Assembly (NCBI GenBank): GCA_963667015.2
Contig: CAXXJJ010000004.1
Coordinates: 800,001 to 864,000 of the forward strand
DNA from: Desulfatiglandales bacterium
GTDB lineage: Bacteria; Desulfobacterota; DSM-4660; Desulfatiglandales; HGW-15
Direction: 5' to 3'
Length of the DNA: 64,000 nucleotides
Every line of letters begins with the position of its first letter. The stretch's first letter is position 1. A program made the position numbers and the translations under genes. Below the pieces are notes generated by a model, which saw only the letters and a list, made by a program, of their open reading frames with translations, did no database searches and was not told the DNA's origin. Below, piece by piece: positions 1-9,583 of this stretch.

Positions 1-66
1 TATCGAAGTCTTTAATCCTTCGGTACCGGAAAAGTTATAATTTATAGCAATAGTCTAAACTTCTGA

Positions 67-82
67 TTTTTACGACAGCCTC
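67..82. mobile_element. Possible terminal inverted repeat of an IS (IS5/IS1182-like) lying mostly left of the window
   Basis: TTTTTACGACAGCCTC (minus: GAGGCTGTCGTAAAAA) resembles IS5/IS1182-type ends and abuts the GTT of the attC-like site; no transposase in window. Confidence 0.3.
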
Positions 83-157
83 AACGCGCAGTTGAGTGGC
101 AAAGTTAACTTGCCGGGCGCGTTGTTTTGCCCGGTCAAGTTCAACCGATGGTTCGGC
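83..157 (-). other. attC-like recombination site (degenerate or hybrid right arm)
   Basis: Minus: GCCGAAC-CATCG-GTTGAACT-TGACCGGGC...GCCCGGCA-AGTTAAC...ACTCAAC-TGCGC-GTT; left core GCCGAAC is the exact complement of GTTCGGC upstream of ORF 242..1198. Confidence 0.6.
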
Positions 158-241
158 AAAGCCGTTGTTTCTTAATTCTGTCAAGAATGAAAACATGCCC
201 TATTTTTTTTCCTGTTGTTTGTGTCGAAGAAGCGAACGTCA

Positions 242-1198
242 CTAATTAATTCGAATATAATAATAAACAGCAACATTTTTCGGACGCGTTTCAGGCCCCG
301 ACCAACTGCCTCCCGAGTTTGTTTTTATTTCTATTTTTGCTCCCAAATTTTGACTTGCATGAAAGTTCTCGGAACCAGGGTTGATTTCTGGTAATACTGT
401 TGATGTGTTTAAACTAAGCGAGTGCCCATGCCGAGCGATCATATCACTTTGGTAACTGCCAACCATTCGCTCAGCGGCAGGATCCTCCTTGCCATCTTTC
501 CGAGATGATACAGATGGGTCTATGTTGTTAAGACCTCGTAAGAACATTCCTCGAAGGTCTGGGACATTTATACTGAAATTTTCAGCATAGGTAGAACCGG
601 GGACATCTCTACCATCGGCAGGTGCCCATAAAGACGACTTTGAATCAAATCCAGGGGACAACCCTTGGATCTTGTATAGTGCTTCTGGATCCACCATTGA
701 TGGTATCACCGTACCTATAGGCACAGTAGCTAATAACTGAGTAATTTCATCTTCCGTAAGTGACTCTATTTTTTTAACAGCATCTATCGCAGCACTTTTC
801 ACTCTGTTTATAGCCACATCTTCAACAACTTGGCGAGTTGCATCAGAAACTCGATCCCGTATCGTCGTAATAGTCTTTTGTGACTTGAGAACGTCGTCCA
901 CAACAAAGCTTAATCTTTTTTCCATTTTATTTTGTACATCTTTGTCAACATGGTAATCAATTATTCTGTCATCAACTCTTGATTGTATCGTGTCATCTAT
1001 ATTTTCAAATGATTTGCCAAAAATATATACAAAACCGATAGAAAAAATTGCTACCAATACCATAACTGCCCATTTTAATTGATTGAATTGGGTTTCAAGA
1101 AATTTCCGATGTTTTTCAGCATCTTCCGAGAAAAGACGACGTACGTGAAGTTCGACCAAATTATCTATTTTCAAATCCCCCGAGTTTTTTTCATTCAT
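242..1198 (-). CDS. Membrane-anchored protein with C-terminal phage tail-collar-like domain (cassette A)
   Basis: N-terminal TM helix (WAVMVLVAIFSIGFVYIF), helical linker, then VPIGTV..WAPADG..VPDLRGMFLRG..VGSYQSD..HGH..ETRPKNVAVYYYIR; RBS GGAGGG. Confidence 0.75.
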   Translation of the reverse strand: MNEKNSGDLKIDNLVELHVRRLFSEDAEKHRKFLETQFNQLKWAVMVLVAIFSIGFVYIFGKSFENIDDTIQSRVDDRIIDYHVDKDVQNKMEKRLSFVVDDVLKSQKTITTIRDRVSDATRQVVEDVAINRVKSAAIDAVKKIESLTEDEITQLLATVPIGTVIPSMVDPEALYKIQGLSPGFDSKSSLWAPADGRDVPGSTYAENFSINVPDLRGMFLRGLNNIDPSVSSRKDGKEDPAAERMVGSYQSDMIARHGHSLSLNTSTVLPEINPGSENFHASQNLGAKIEIKTNSGGSWSGPETRPKNVAVYYYIRIN

Positions 1199-1221
1199 TT
1201 ATTCCCTCCATTATTTTGACA

Positions 1222-1282
1222 GCCGAACAAGTGATTCACCAGTTCTGGATATCATTACTTTTTGAATGTTATACAGAATGAT
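1222..1282 (-). promoter_or_regulatory. Cassette core site plus conserved upstream motif (attI-like platform, copy 1)
   Basis: + strand GCCGAAC AAGTGATTC-N23-TTTGAATGTTATACAGAATGAT; matches 31776..31837. Confidence 0.55.
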
Positions 1283-1538
1283 GAATAGAGAAATAAAAGA
1301 ATGCAAATAAAAAAGCGCAAATAAAAATAAGTAAAAAATCTAAATATATGAAATAATGGAACTAATTAATTGGAACGATTAATGAATAAAAAATTAATTT
1401 TTATTTCTAAAATCATCGGGGTTTTAAATTTTTAAATTTTGTAAGGCAATTGAATCGTTAAACTTGATTTGATATTTTTTTATATACCCATTTTTAGATA
1501 TTTTCAAGGTGAAAATTTAAGGGATTTAATAGGTCAAA

Positions 1539-1742
1539 ATGAAAGAATGTAAACACGAATGGTACGTTTTTGCTAAGACCCAGCAGTCACGGAGCTTGTT
1601 GGTGGAGTGTCGTAAATGCAGGAGATTTGGATCGGTGGAGAATCCTACTAAACAGGAGTGGAGCGACGCTGACGAAGCAGAATCAGAGCCCTATTTATGG
1701 AAAGATAATTCAAGAGTGGTTATGTGGCCGGGCGGTCAATAA
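1539..1742 (+). CDS. Small Cys/His (zinc-ribbon-like) hypothetical protein
   Basis: ATG start, CKHEW and CRKC motifs, 67 aa. Confidence 0.55.
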   Translation: MKECKHEWYVFAKTQQSRSLLVECRKCRRFGSVENPTKQEWSDADEAESEPYLWKDNSRVVMWPGGQ

Positions 1743-2027
1743 AAAAAGCGAAAGGCCGAATGATTGGGAGTAGCATCGGATATCGCTTGAAGTTCATTCG
1801 ACCTTTCAAAAAACTAAACACATTTGAAACGTGCAGGAAAATATTAGGCGAAAATAGAAGTTACGTCAATAATGGTACATTAAAAGTATGTAAAATATGT
1901 ATTCCACAGAATCCATGAGTAAACCGGGATCAGCCCTTGACATTGTCACTTGTATAACCTGCAGGTAGCACTAAACGTCACAGTCAAAAGTGCCCCGATG
2001 CTTTTCATTTATTGTCTGTTCACAGGC

Positions 2028-2138
2028 TTGACATCGATAAATAGATAGACGTATAATCTTCATACATAGTAAATCTTTTCGTCGTGAAAAGGTTAATAGA
2101 AAGGTCAGGAGTTGGCGCTCCTGGCCTTTCGCCTTTTT
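2028..2138 (+). ncRNA. Putative small RNA unit 1 (sigma70 promoter, short leader, GAAAGG hairpin, U-tract)
   Basis: TTGACA(2028)-18bp-TATAAT(2052); hairpin CTTTTC/GAAAAG; stem GAAAGGTCAGGAG...CTCCTGGCCTTTC then GCCTTTTT. Confidence 0.55.
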
Positions 2139-2174
2139 AAAGCTAGTTTTTACATTTTCTTAACAGTTTCATTA

Positions 2175-2290
2175 TTGACATAATACCGAGATACTTTTAC
2201 CATTTGACTACAGGGGTAATCCCCTTTGAAAGGTCGGATGATTCTCCCGTGGTTTTCGCTGCTTTTCATCATCCGGCCTTTCTCTATTTA
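2175..2290 (+). ncRNA. Putative small RNA unit 2
   Basis: TTGACA(2175)-17bp-TACCAT; hairpin AGGGG/CCCCT; stem GAAAGGTCGGATGA...TCATCCGGCCTTTC. Confidence 0.5.
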
Positions 2291-2362
2291 TAACAAAGAG
2301 TAGGCCCCGATGCTTTTCATTTCGATTTTGCTTTCAGACTTTTTTAATGGAATTATTTCTGA

Positions 2363-2929
2363 TCATTCAATAAACTCGTTACCAAATTTACTTAAAGGCA
2401 ATTGATATGATATGCCAATATAATAAATGGTTTTTTCTTCGGTTTTAAAATTATCTGTAACGGCATTCTCTTCAATGGTTTTACCAAAACCAAATTGCAT
2501 GTTAAGCTTGACTGCATCAAGCCACGCCCATCTGAAGGCATCTTTTTTACGTTTACGATACTCATCAAGTTTTTCCTGACCTCCAGTTAAGAAAATATCT
2601 CTTAATACTGGTTTATCAAAATAGCCTAACTTTACAGCCCATACAGACTCACTAGACCTTAATCTAAGCTGTGCTACGGCATTCTCTTCGGCTAAAAAAC
2701 CACTTGTATTAGTCTTACCAAAATTCGCGCTTAATTTCAAAGAACCAAGTAAATAGTTTTTAAAAGGAGAAGCTAAAAAAGCTCTATCGGCCTTTTCTTT
2801 TTTTTCTTTTGCCTCCTGTTCCTCGGTCATATGTTTTTTTACCCATTCATCCTCTTTGTCATTTGCATATACAGTTAATGACACTATGATTGACATGAAA
2901 ACAAATACGAATAAATTGATTTTTTTCAT
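2363..2929 (-). CDS. Secreted/periplasmic hypothetical protein (moron)
   Basis: Signal peptide MKKINLFVFVFMSIIVSLTVYA, RBS GGAGG, AT-rich. Confidence 0.7.
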   Translation of the reverse strand: MKKINLFVFVFMSIIVSLTVYANDKEDEWVKKHMTEEQEAKEKKEKADRAFLASPFKNYLLGSLKLSANFGKTNTSGFLAEENAVAQLRLRSSESVWAVKLGYFDKPVLRDIFLTGGQEKLDEYRKRKKDAFRWAWLDAVKLNMQFGFGKTIEENAVTDNFKTEEKTIYYIGISYQLPLSKFGNEFIE

Positions 2930-3243
2930 TTCTACCTCCATATTTAAAGTTAGTAAAAATTGATTAGTTATTTTTCGTTAATATTACTTATTCTATAGGA
3001 CAGCTTGTCTGTACAGGTTGAACGATAGTGCAGAGAGAATGAGAAATAAAATTACCCAAAAAGTAAAAGATATTAATTCGCGCAGGGAAAATAATTTTGA
3101 TTTCTGTTTTTTAGAATTCACCAGAGGTAAGTAATTTACAGTAAAACTCGACTGCAAATAAAGATAGTTAAAATAATAACAAATTTTGATTAATATTCAA
3201 TACAAAAATCTAAAATCTGATTTCATGAATTGCAGGCATATAA

Positions 3244-3293
3244 GTCAGGTCTCGAATGTTTCAAATTTAAACATACGGAAATCAAGACCTGAC
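3244..3293. repeat. REP-like inverted repeat
   Basis: GTCAGGTCT...AGACCTGAC with inner ATGTTT/AAACAT. Confidence 0.5.
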
Positions 3294-3427
3294 ATTTTTT
3301 TAAAATATAGAAAAAACACGGCAACTGTCTTTAAAATTTTAATTTCTTAAAAAATGATTATATTCCCTACAATTCCCAGAGGTGACGACTGCCCTGCAGC
3401 CAGGTTGTATCTGGCTTTTTTCCCGTT

Positions 3428-3997
3428 TTATTTTTTAATTGCGTTAATAATGTTTCCGATCAATCCCGTCGCGATAGGCTGATCACCTGCCAACTGGTAA
3501 CGCGCCTGTTTTTCTTTGGTCCTGTATCCGAAATAAGCTAAAAGGACAGTTGAAGGGACGGACAGAACCGTCGCCATTAAAACCCATGAATCAGACAGGT
3601 TTTTAATGACTTCTTTTAAATTACTGGCGATTGCATAGGCCCATATTGAGACAAAAAGAATAATTGCAAAACAGATTGTTTTTGCAAACATTAAGGCAAT
3701 TTGCGGGCGGGTCGTGTTTCCGGACTTGTCTGCGTCGGCTGCAGCCTTAAAACGTTCGGTAAAGCCCTTAATTTCCTCTATTTCAACGTCAAATTCCTTT
3801 TCGTATATGTTGCCCTGAACCTCTGCAGGCAGGCTGTTAATTGCCGTTATGGCGTCCTGTCCGGTTGCCGCGTCCAGGTCCAGCTTTTTATCCTCGGGCA
3901 GGAATTCGTTGACGATGTCAAGGACGATCCCGGCCCCGGGAACAACGTTTTTTAATATTACTGACCCTGCTTTCGTTAGTATGTTTTTCAGTTTCAT
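3428..3997 (-). CDS. Holin-like membrane protein
   Basis: Adjacent to endolysin; TRPQIA followed by two TM helices and YFGYRTKEK. Confidence 0.65.
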   Translation of the reverse strand: MKLKNILTKAGSVILKNVVPGAGIVLDIVNEFLPEDKKLDLDAATGQDAITAINSLPAEVQGNIYEKEFDVEIEEIKGFTERFKAAADADKSGNTTRPQIALMFAKTICFAIILFVSIWAYAIASNLKEVIKNLSDSWVLMATVLSVPSTVLLAYFGYRTKEKQARYQLAGDQPIATGLIGNIINAIKK

Positions 3998-4413
3998 GCT
4001 TTCACCCTCTCAAAATGGACCAGGTCTTGAAAATCCTGATCGGTGATCGGTTCGCGGTCCTGATCCCAATTGCCGCCCCATCTGATCTTGACGCCTTCGA
4101 CTTCCGCGGCCGCCAGGACAACGCCTGCCATAAAAATACAGTGTTCCTTTAACCAGGATACCCCGTTGATATAGGGCGCAACGTCGACCGCTTCCGCCAG
4201 GTCCCCAGGGTTTAAAACGTTGTGTTTCCCATTCGGCCACTTAACCCGGCTTTTTCCTTCCCTGAAAAATCGGTCTTGCTCTTCGCGGGATCTCCGCCCC
4301 TGGATAGCCGACATGTCAATCAAGCCCCAGGCTAATGCCCGGTCAAAAACTCTTTTAAGATCCGGAACAACCGTTTCCCATACTGCAGCCGAACGTTTCC
4401 CCCAATCCAACAT
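3994..4413 (-). CDS. Endolysin, peptidase M15 (L-Ala-D-Glu peptidase-like)
   Basis: GRRSREEQ..KHN..AVD..IRWGGNW..DLVHFE motifs. Confidence 0.9.
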   Translation of the reverse strand: MLDWGKRSAAVWETVVPDLKRVFDRALAWGLIDMSAIQGRRSREEQDRFFREGKSRVKWPNGKHNVLNPGDLAEAVDVAPYINGVSWLKEHCIFMAGVVLAAAEVEGVKIRWGGNWDQDREPITDQDFQDLVHFERVKA

Positions 4414-4745
4414 TAATTACCCCCTTGACCTTTTTCGTTGTGTCGGTCGTTTTCGCGAATCTCAATAACCTTCGATATTGCGGAAATCTCCGACTTGATG
4501 TCGATAAACTGCATTAAAATATTCTGGTTTGAGTTATACACAAGTGTGAACAGGGTACCGACAAACGCGATCACAATAGCTGCAACTGTAATAACAAATG
4601 CCCGGGACGTTGTCGCATCAATCGCGGTCCATATTCGGTCAATTGTCCCGTTTCCCGGTGTTTCCAGTTTATCTTTAAATTTTTCGACGTCCTTGATCCG
4701 CCTGTCAATAAGCGGGTATCCTTTGCAGTCTTCACAGTCCGGCAT
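4413..4745 (-). CDS. Single-TM lysis-cassette protein (holin/antiholin-like)
   Basis: One TM helix; directly upstream of endolysin. Confidence 0.55.
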   Translation of the reverse strand: MPDCEDCKGYPLIDRRIKDVEKFKDKLETPGNGTIDRIWTAIDATTSRAFVITVAAIVIAFVGTLFTLVYNSNQNILMQFIDIKSEISAISKVIEIRENDRHNEKGQGGN

Positions 4746-4784
4746 TTTAATATTTACCTCCTTTTGTTTTACCTTCAGCCTTTA

Positions 4785-4846
4785 GCGGTTTACCCTGTTA
4801 AATCCGCAAAGCGGGCTGCGAAGCAGCCTTTCACAGGGTGAACCGC
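4785..4846 (+). repeat. Three-way-junction palindromic element, copy 1
   Basis: TTTACCCTGTTAAA / CCGCAAAGCGG / GCTGCGAAGCAGC / TTTCACAGGGTGAA; inverted homolog at 24381..24439. Confidence 0.7.
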
Positions 4847-4861
4847 TTCAGCCTTCTTTAC

Positions 4862-5104
4862 TTACACCAGCAACAAAGTATTAACCGAAGGCCGCACGTT
4901 CGATGCAGCCTGAATTATAAATTTCTGCTTGCTTTCATCCCTGGCACAAATGACAGTATCACCTGTAGCAAGAGAGAGGGATGTATCAATCCAAGTACTG
5001 GCGTTTCCGGATACAATCAAAACACGCCTCCTGACAGTATCAACTGCGCAAACCTCACCGGTTACAAAGGTACTTTTCTTCTTTTTAAGCAGCTGTTCAA
5101 TCAT
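4862..5104 (-). CDS. Small tail-associated protein (OB-fold/spike-like)
   Basis: Operonic overlap; TGEV..V..LATGDTV pattern. Confidence 0.6.
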   Translation of the reverse strand: MIEQLLKKKKSTFVTGEVCAVDTVRRRVLIVSGNASTWIDTSLSLATGDTVICARDESKQKFIIQAASNVRPSVNTLLLV

Positions 5105-5682
5105 CGTTTAAGCTCAATGTATTTCCGGGTTTCAATCTCGGTTATCAAACTGTCCGGAGTCCCTGTAATCTGAATATCAATAACCTGGCTCAGGTCATTT
5201 ATACCGCGCCTGGTACTGTTAATTCCTGCAATTTGACCAACTTCCAGCTCCGGAAGGTGCACCCCCAATGAGATCTCCCGGATAATAGCCGCGTGGGTAT
5301 GTGCATTTATTTCTGCTGTCGCCCTTGAGGTTATTAATGTGCTGTTTCGATAGATGGCGTGGGATATCTCATCCAGTTCAACAAATGCTTTTATCTTATA
5401 TATTTTCGCCGGGTCCCCGTTTTGCCCGGCAACCACAACATGCCATTCATATTCACCCTGAAAAAGAGTTACAGGCACCGTGGCTCCGCTTTCATTGTCC
5501 AGGGTAATTTCCAATTCAACCCCATACCCGGAGGAAACACCGCTGGCTTGCAAGTTGCTTTGCGCTTCGGCGTCTGCCTGTGTTAAATACAGTTCAAATA
5601 ATATAGCGCTTCCTGTGTCCTCAAGCCTGGCAAACCAGGTAATATTCTCGTCAATGTTCCAGTTAATGATTGAGAAGGTCAT
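5101..5682 (-). CDS. Tail-module hypothetical protein
   Basis: Overlapping start/stop with neighbours in tail operon. Confidence 0.7.
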   Translation of the reverse strand: MTFSIINWNIDENITWFARLEDTGSAILFELYLTQADAEAQSNLQASGVSSGYGVELEITLDNESGATVPVTLFQGEYEWHVVVAGQNGDPAKIYKIKAFVELDEISHAIYRNSTLITSRATAEINAHTHAAIIREISLGVHLPELEVGQIAGINSTRRGINDLSQVIDIQITGTPDSLITEIETRKYIELKR

Positions 5683-6686
5683 TATGCCTCATGTACTATG
5701 GAGCTTACACGTTGAGCTATTACTGATCTAAAGGCAGGTGTTGCTGAGACCACAGCCAGCTCCATTTTAAAATTATCAAAAACGGTCCCATCCACCACAT
5801 CCAGCAACATCGCAAAATTATCAAGAACTGTTCCGTCAGTCACTTCCAGGAACATTTTAAAATCTTCCAGTTTAGCAGTTCCAACTTGAAGTAGCATCTT
5901 AAGAGAATCTATTACAGAAACAGCCACACTCAAATTCATAGTAAAAAAATCAAGAAAACTTCCCTCAACAACTGAAAGTAGCATTTTCAAATAATCAAAA
6001 GCATTCGCTTGAACTGTCAAATCAAGGGAGAAATCGTCAATCTGATAGGGTGCAGGTATAGGCCATGAACCATTGCTCGTTTCTATTGCAAACCAATCAC
6101 AATACGAATCTGTTGCATGGTTTGACCCTAATCCTACATATCCACCAGCCAGTGATGCGTCCGACCATGTCAGTGTCCAGTCGGCAGGCTCCTGTAAGCT
6201 GTCTTCCCATACTTTTGCATAAAAATCAGTCCCTGATATTCTGAATCTTATCCAATACCAGTCTGCACTTGTAAGGCTTACATTTACTGACGTTGCACCT
6301 GAATAGGAGAAGCTCAGATATTTAAAGATTACTAGCCTAATTGTACCGCTCGTATGCCTATTCAGATTACAGAAGTATCCGCTTCCAGAACCATTGCACC
6401 TGCCGGCAACTCTTATGCCATCTGTAGAATAAGACTCACTCTCAAGGATAGTACCCTTCATCCTTACCAGTATCTCAAAATCAGTTACAGAACTTCCAGG
6501 ATCATCCCACGATGCCATGTATTTATTAGCGGTGCTTCCGTGAATAAGGTTTGAAGACTTCCCGCCCATACCTTCAGCTAGATCAATCACAGTTATAGAT
6601 GCCAGACCGGCATTCCATCTTTCTGTCCAGTCACTTGGCTGTGCACTACTTGCATATTCACTGAAGTCTGTTTTATATAATGTCAT
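5682..6686 (-). CDS. Tail protein with beta-sandwich (lectin-like) domain and C-terminal repeats; candidate receptor-binding protein
   Basis: WYWIRFRISG..AKVW..EPADW..GGYVGLG; repeated D-x-F-x-M-x-L-x-V units; start MTLYK chosen from overlap. Confidence 0.6.
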   Translation of the reverse strand: MTLYKTDFSEYASSAQPSDWTERWNAGLASITVIDLAEGMGGKSSNLIHGSTANKYMASWDDPGSSVTDFEILVRMKGTILESESYSTDGIRVAGRCNGSGSGYFCNLNRHTSGTIRLVIFKYLSFSYSGATSVNVSLTSADWYWIRFRISGTDFYAKVWEDSLQEPADWTLTWSDASLAGGYVGLGSNHATDSYCDWFAIETSNGSWPIPAPYQIDDFSLDLTVQANAFDYLKMLLSVVEGSFLDFFTMNLSVAVSVIDSLKMLLQVGTAKLEDFKMFLEVTDGTVLDNFAMLLDVVDGTVFDNFKMELAVVSATPAFRSVIAQRVSSIVHEA

Positions 6687-7117
6687 ATTACTATTCCGGA
6701 ATGGGCTACTCCTGAAACTCCCATTTTCCATCCCGAAGTAGGAGCGCCTAGATACTCATGCCTCCATGCTTCTTCGTAGTGTAGCATTTTTCCATCTCGT
6801 ATGACCCAAAGATCAACTACATCCTTTTTGGGGAGCTTTCCACAAAACCAAATCGCCTGTGTTGAAGCAGCCTCAGTTCCAAACACTTGAAGTGCTTCAA
6901 TAAAAAAATTATATTTTTCAAATCCCTTCATTACCAGCCTGTGACCTGTAGGAATGAAGAATTCTATCTTTTCTATTACTCTATTAAAAACCTCATCCAT
7001 CCATCCAGGATTGTTCGATCTAATATCTGGAGTTATATATTCTCTTGGAAACATCTTCCCTTCAAAGGTGGCCTTGATCTTCCAGGAAAGCTTTTTTTTA
7101 TTCATTATATGGATCAT
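6683..7117 (-). CDS. Hypothetical tail-region protein
   Basis: In operon with coupled stop/start. Confidence 0.65.
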   Translation of the reverse strand: MIHIMNKKKLSWKIKATFEGKMFPREYITPDIRSNNPGWMDEVFNRVIEKIEFFIPTGHRLVMKGFEKYNFFIEALQVFGTEAASTQAIWFCGKLPKKDVVDLWVIRDGKMLHYEEAWRHEYLGAPTSGWKMGVSGVAHSGIVI

Positions 7118-7803
7118 GCATCACCTCTATGAATATAAAAATCTTAAGGCTAAAACTACATCAGTCGATGAGCGGGGAGAGAACGTACTCGGAATAACCT
7201 GCTTAATGTTAAAATAAACATTCTGTGAACTAGCCAGCGGAGCATCATCCAGTTCAATCCTACTGTCAGTTCCGGCCAATGGCGTACCTGCCCATGTTGC
7301 CGAACCTGGCGCTGCATTAGTTGTGGATACTGCCTTAATGGTTGAATTTGCAGGGTTTGCATGCCATTCTTCAGATTCATAATATCCACCCAAAAATGGG
7401 TCAACATTGCTGTCATGATCTGAATTATCCCATGCTTCCAGGTACGGTTTGCCGGCTGTGGCACCGTCAAAATAAATCGAAAACGGATACCTTGTGTTTC
7501 CTCCGGATTGTCCTCCATTGATTGTCCCGGCGAGTGGCACCTGATCATAAACTGATTCTGAATTATCTTTTACAAAAGTAGTTGGTGCTTCCAAACTTCC
7601 AGACTCCGGTTTGATAACCGGATACTTTGTGCCGGAAATAGGATCTCCATCTGATTGCTGATCATCCAGAAATAGTAAGGCATCGTTAACTAAGGGATGA
7701 CTCAAAAATAAATTAACAGATTAAAGATGAACTATACCATAAAGCTTGAAAGCGTCTGACATGGCGATAGATATATTACATTGTAATATTAGCAGGTTAA
7801 ATA

Positions 7804-7873
7804 TTGACAGGATTGAAAATAATTTGATATAGTTCCCCCTATTATCAATTTAATAGGGGGAACTATATCAAAT
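7804..7873 (+). promoter_or_regulatory. IS promoter and 23-bp perfect inverted repeat covering the RBS and start codon
   Basis: TTGACA at 7804; arms 7822-7844 and 7851-7873. Confidence 0.75.
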
Positions 7874-9583
7874 GTACGCTCAAAAACCTCGGTTAAACGA
7901 AGCCTTGGAATTCTTTAAAAGCAATAAAATCGGAAGGTTAGACAATCTAAAACATGCACTTCATACCAATAGTACAATGACTGTTTTTCGATCACTCAAA
8001 GAGCTTAACTATCTTTCAAGTTATTCTCACAGGGGAAAGTACTACACCTTGCAGAACATTCCAAAATTTGATGAACTTGGTTTATGGTCCTTTCAATCGG
8101 TGTGGTTTTCCCAATATGGCAATCTCGTTGAAACGGCAAAAGAGTTTGTGGAAAACTCAAACGCCGGCTATACAACTCACGAACTTGAAGATATCCTTCA
8201 TGTTGAAACCAAACACCCCCTTCTGAGTCTTTATAAGCAAGGACGAATCAACCGAGAGAAATTCGGGGGATACTATGTGTATCTTTCCAGTGAAGTGCAT
8301 GATAAAAAAAGGCAGATTGCAGTTCGTAAAACAGGCGCTGAAAAATTTGAGGTTGACCTCTCATATGAAATTAAACTGCTCTCTGAGGAGCTGAAAGCAG
8401 CGATAATATTGTTTTTCAGTCTATTAGATGAAAAGCAGCGACGACTGTATGCTGGTTTGGAATCCTATAAATTGGGACATGGCGGAGATAACCAAATCGC
8501 AAAATTATTGGGATTGGATGTTCATACTGTTTCCAAAGGGCGTAGAGAATTATTCAGCCAGGATATAAAAGTCGATCGTATCCGCGAGAAAGGAGCCGGC
8601 AGAAAACCTGTGGAAAAAAAATTCCGCAGGTCACCGAAAGGATAAGAAAGCTTTTGAAATACGAAACAGCAGGCCATCCAATAAGCGGACTGAAGTGGAC
8701 ACGAAAAACCACGGAAAAAATATCCAGCGAACTGGAGTCTATTGGAATTATTGTTTCCGCAAATACAGTATGCAGGCTTTTAAAACAAATGGGCTTTTCC
8801 TTGAAAGTGAATTGTAAAAAAATAGAATCCGGGATAAGCAATCCGCCGGACCCGAAAAAAAGAGACCAGCAATTTGGCTATATTGCCGATTTACGCGAAA
8901 AATTTACGAAACGACAACTTCCTGTTATCAGTGTTGATACCAAGAAAAAAGAGTTGATTGGGAACTTTAAAAACTGGGGAGATTCCTGGCAGGAATCTCC
9001 CATTGAAGTTAAAGATCATGACTTCCCTAGTGATGCCAAAGGGAAAGCTATTCCATACGGTATCTATGATACACAAAAAAATATCGGTACAGTTTTTCTG
9101 GGTGTTACACGGGATACGCCCTCTTTTGCTGTTGATTCCATTGAGACCTGGTGGAAGACCGAAGGGAAAGCCAATTATCCGGATGTCAAAGAGCTGCTTA
9201 TACTGGCTGATTCGGGCGGTAGCAACAGCTGCCGATCACGGGTGTGGAAATATAAAATCCAAAAAAATATTTGTAACCGGTATGGATTATCCATCAGAGT
9301 CAGCCACTATCCTCCCGGTTCGTCAAAATGGAACCCTATCGAACATAGACTGTTTTCAGAGGTCAGCAAAAACTGGGCTGGACGTCCGCTTGATTCGTAT
9401 GAGACTGTGCTAAAATATATCCGTACTACAAAAACATCTACAGGCCTCAAGGTGAAAGCACATTTTGTCAGAAAAAATTATAAAACAGGAGAGAAAGTTT
9501 CTAACAAACAAATGGATCAAATAGCCATCAAAAATGGCCTATTACCTGAGTGGAATTATATTTTACATCCAACTAAAATGTGA
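7872..9583 (+). CDS. ISAzo13 transposase in two ORFs joined by a probable -1 frameshift at A8 (8614-8621)
   Basis: LDEKQRRLYAG..GGD..IR.KGAGRK in ORF1; ISVDTKKKELIGNFKN, HDFP, PYGIYD, ADSGGSN, PPGSSKWNPIEHRLFS in ORF2. Confidence 0.9.

Larger units (their letters stand above)
1992..2322 (+). repeat. 19-bp direct repeat GCCCCGATGCTTTTCATTT at 1992-2010 and 2304-2322
   Basis: Exact match; flanks the two promoter-hairpin units. Confidence 0.85.

Noticed and set aside
1937..1960. TTGACA..TATAAC as another promoter unit
   Set aside because: Spacing is only about 10 bp and no GAAAGG hairpin follows
2330..3030. Secreted-protein gene as a cassette
   Set aside because: No complementary core pair and no attC hairpin found
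7127..7705. ORF-track start MSHP at 7705
   Set aside because: First codons derive from the IS end; the real start is at 9720
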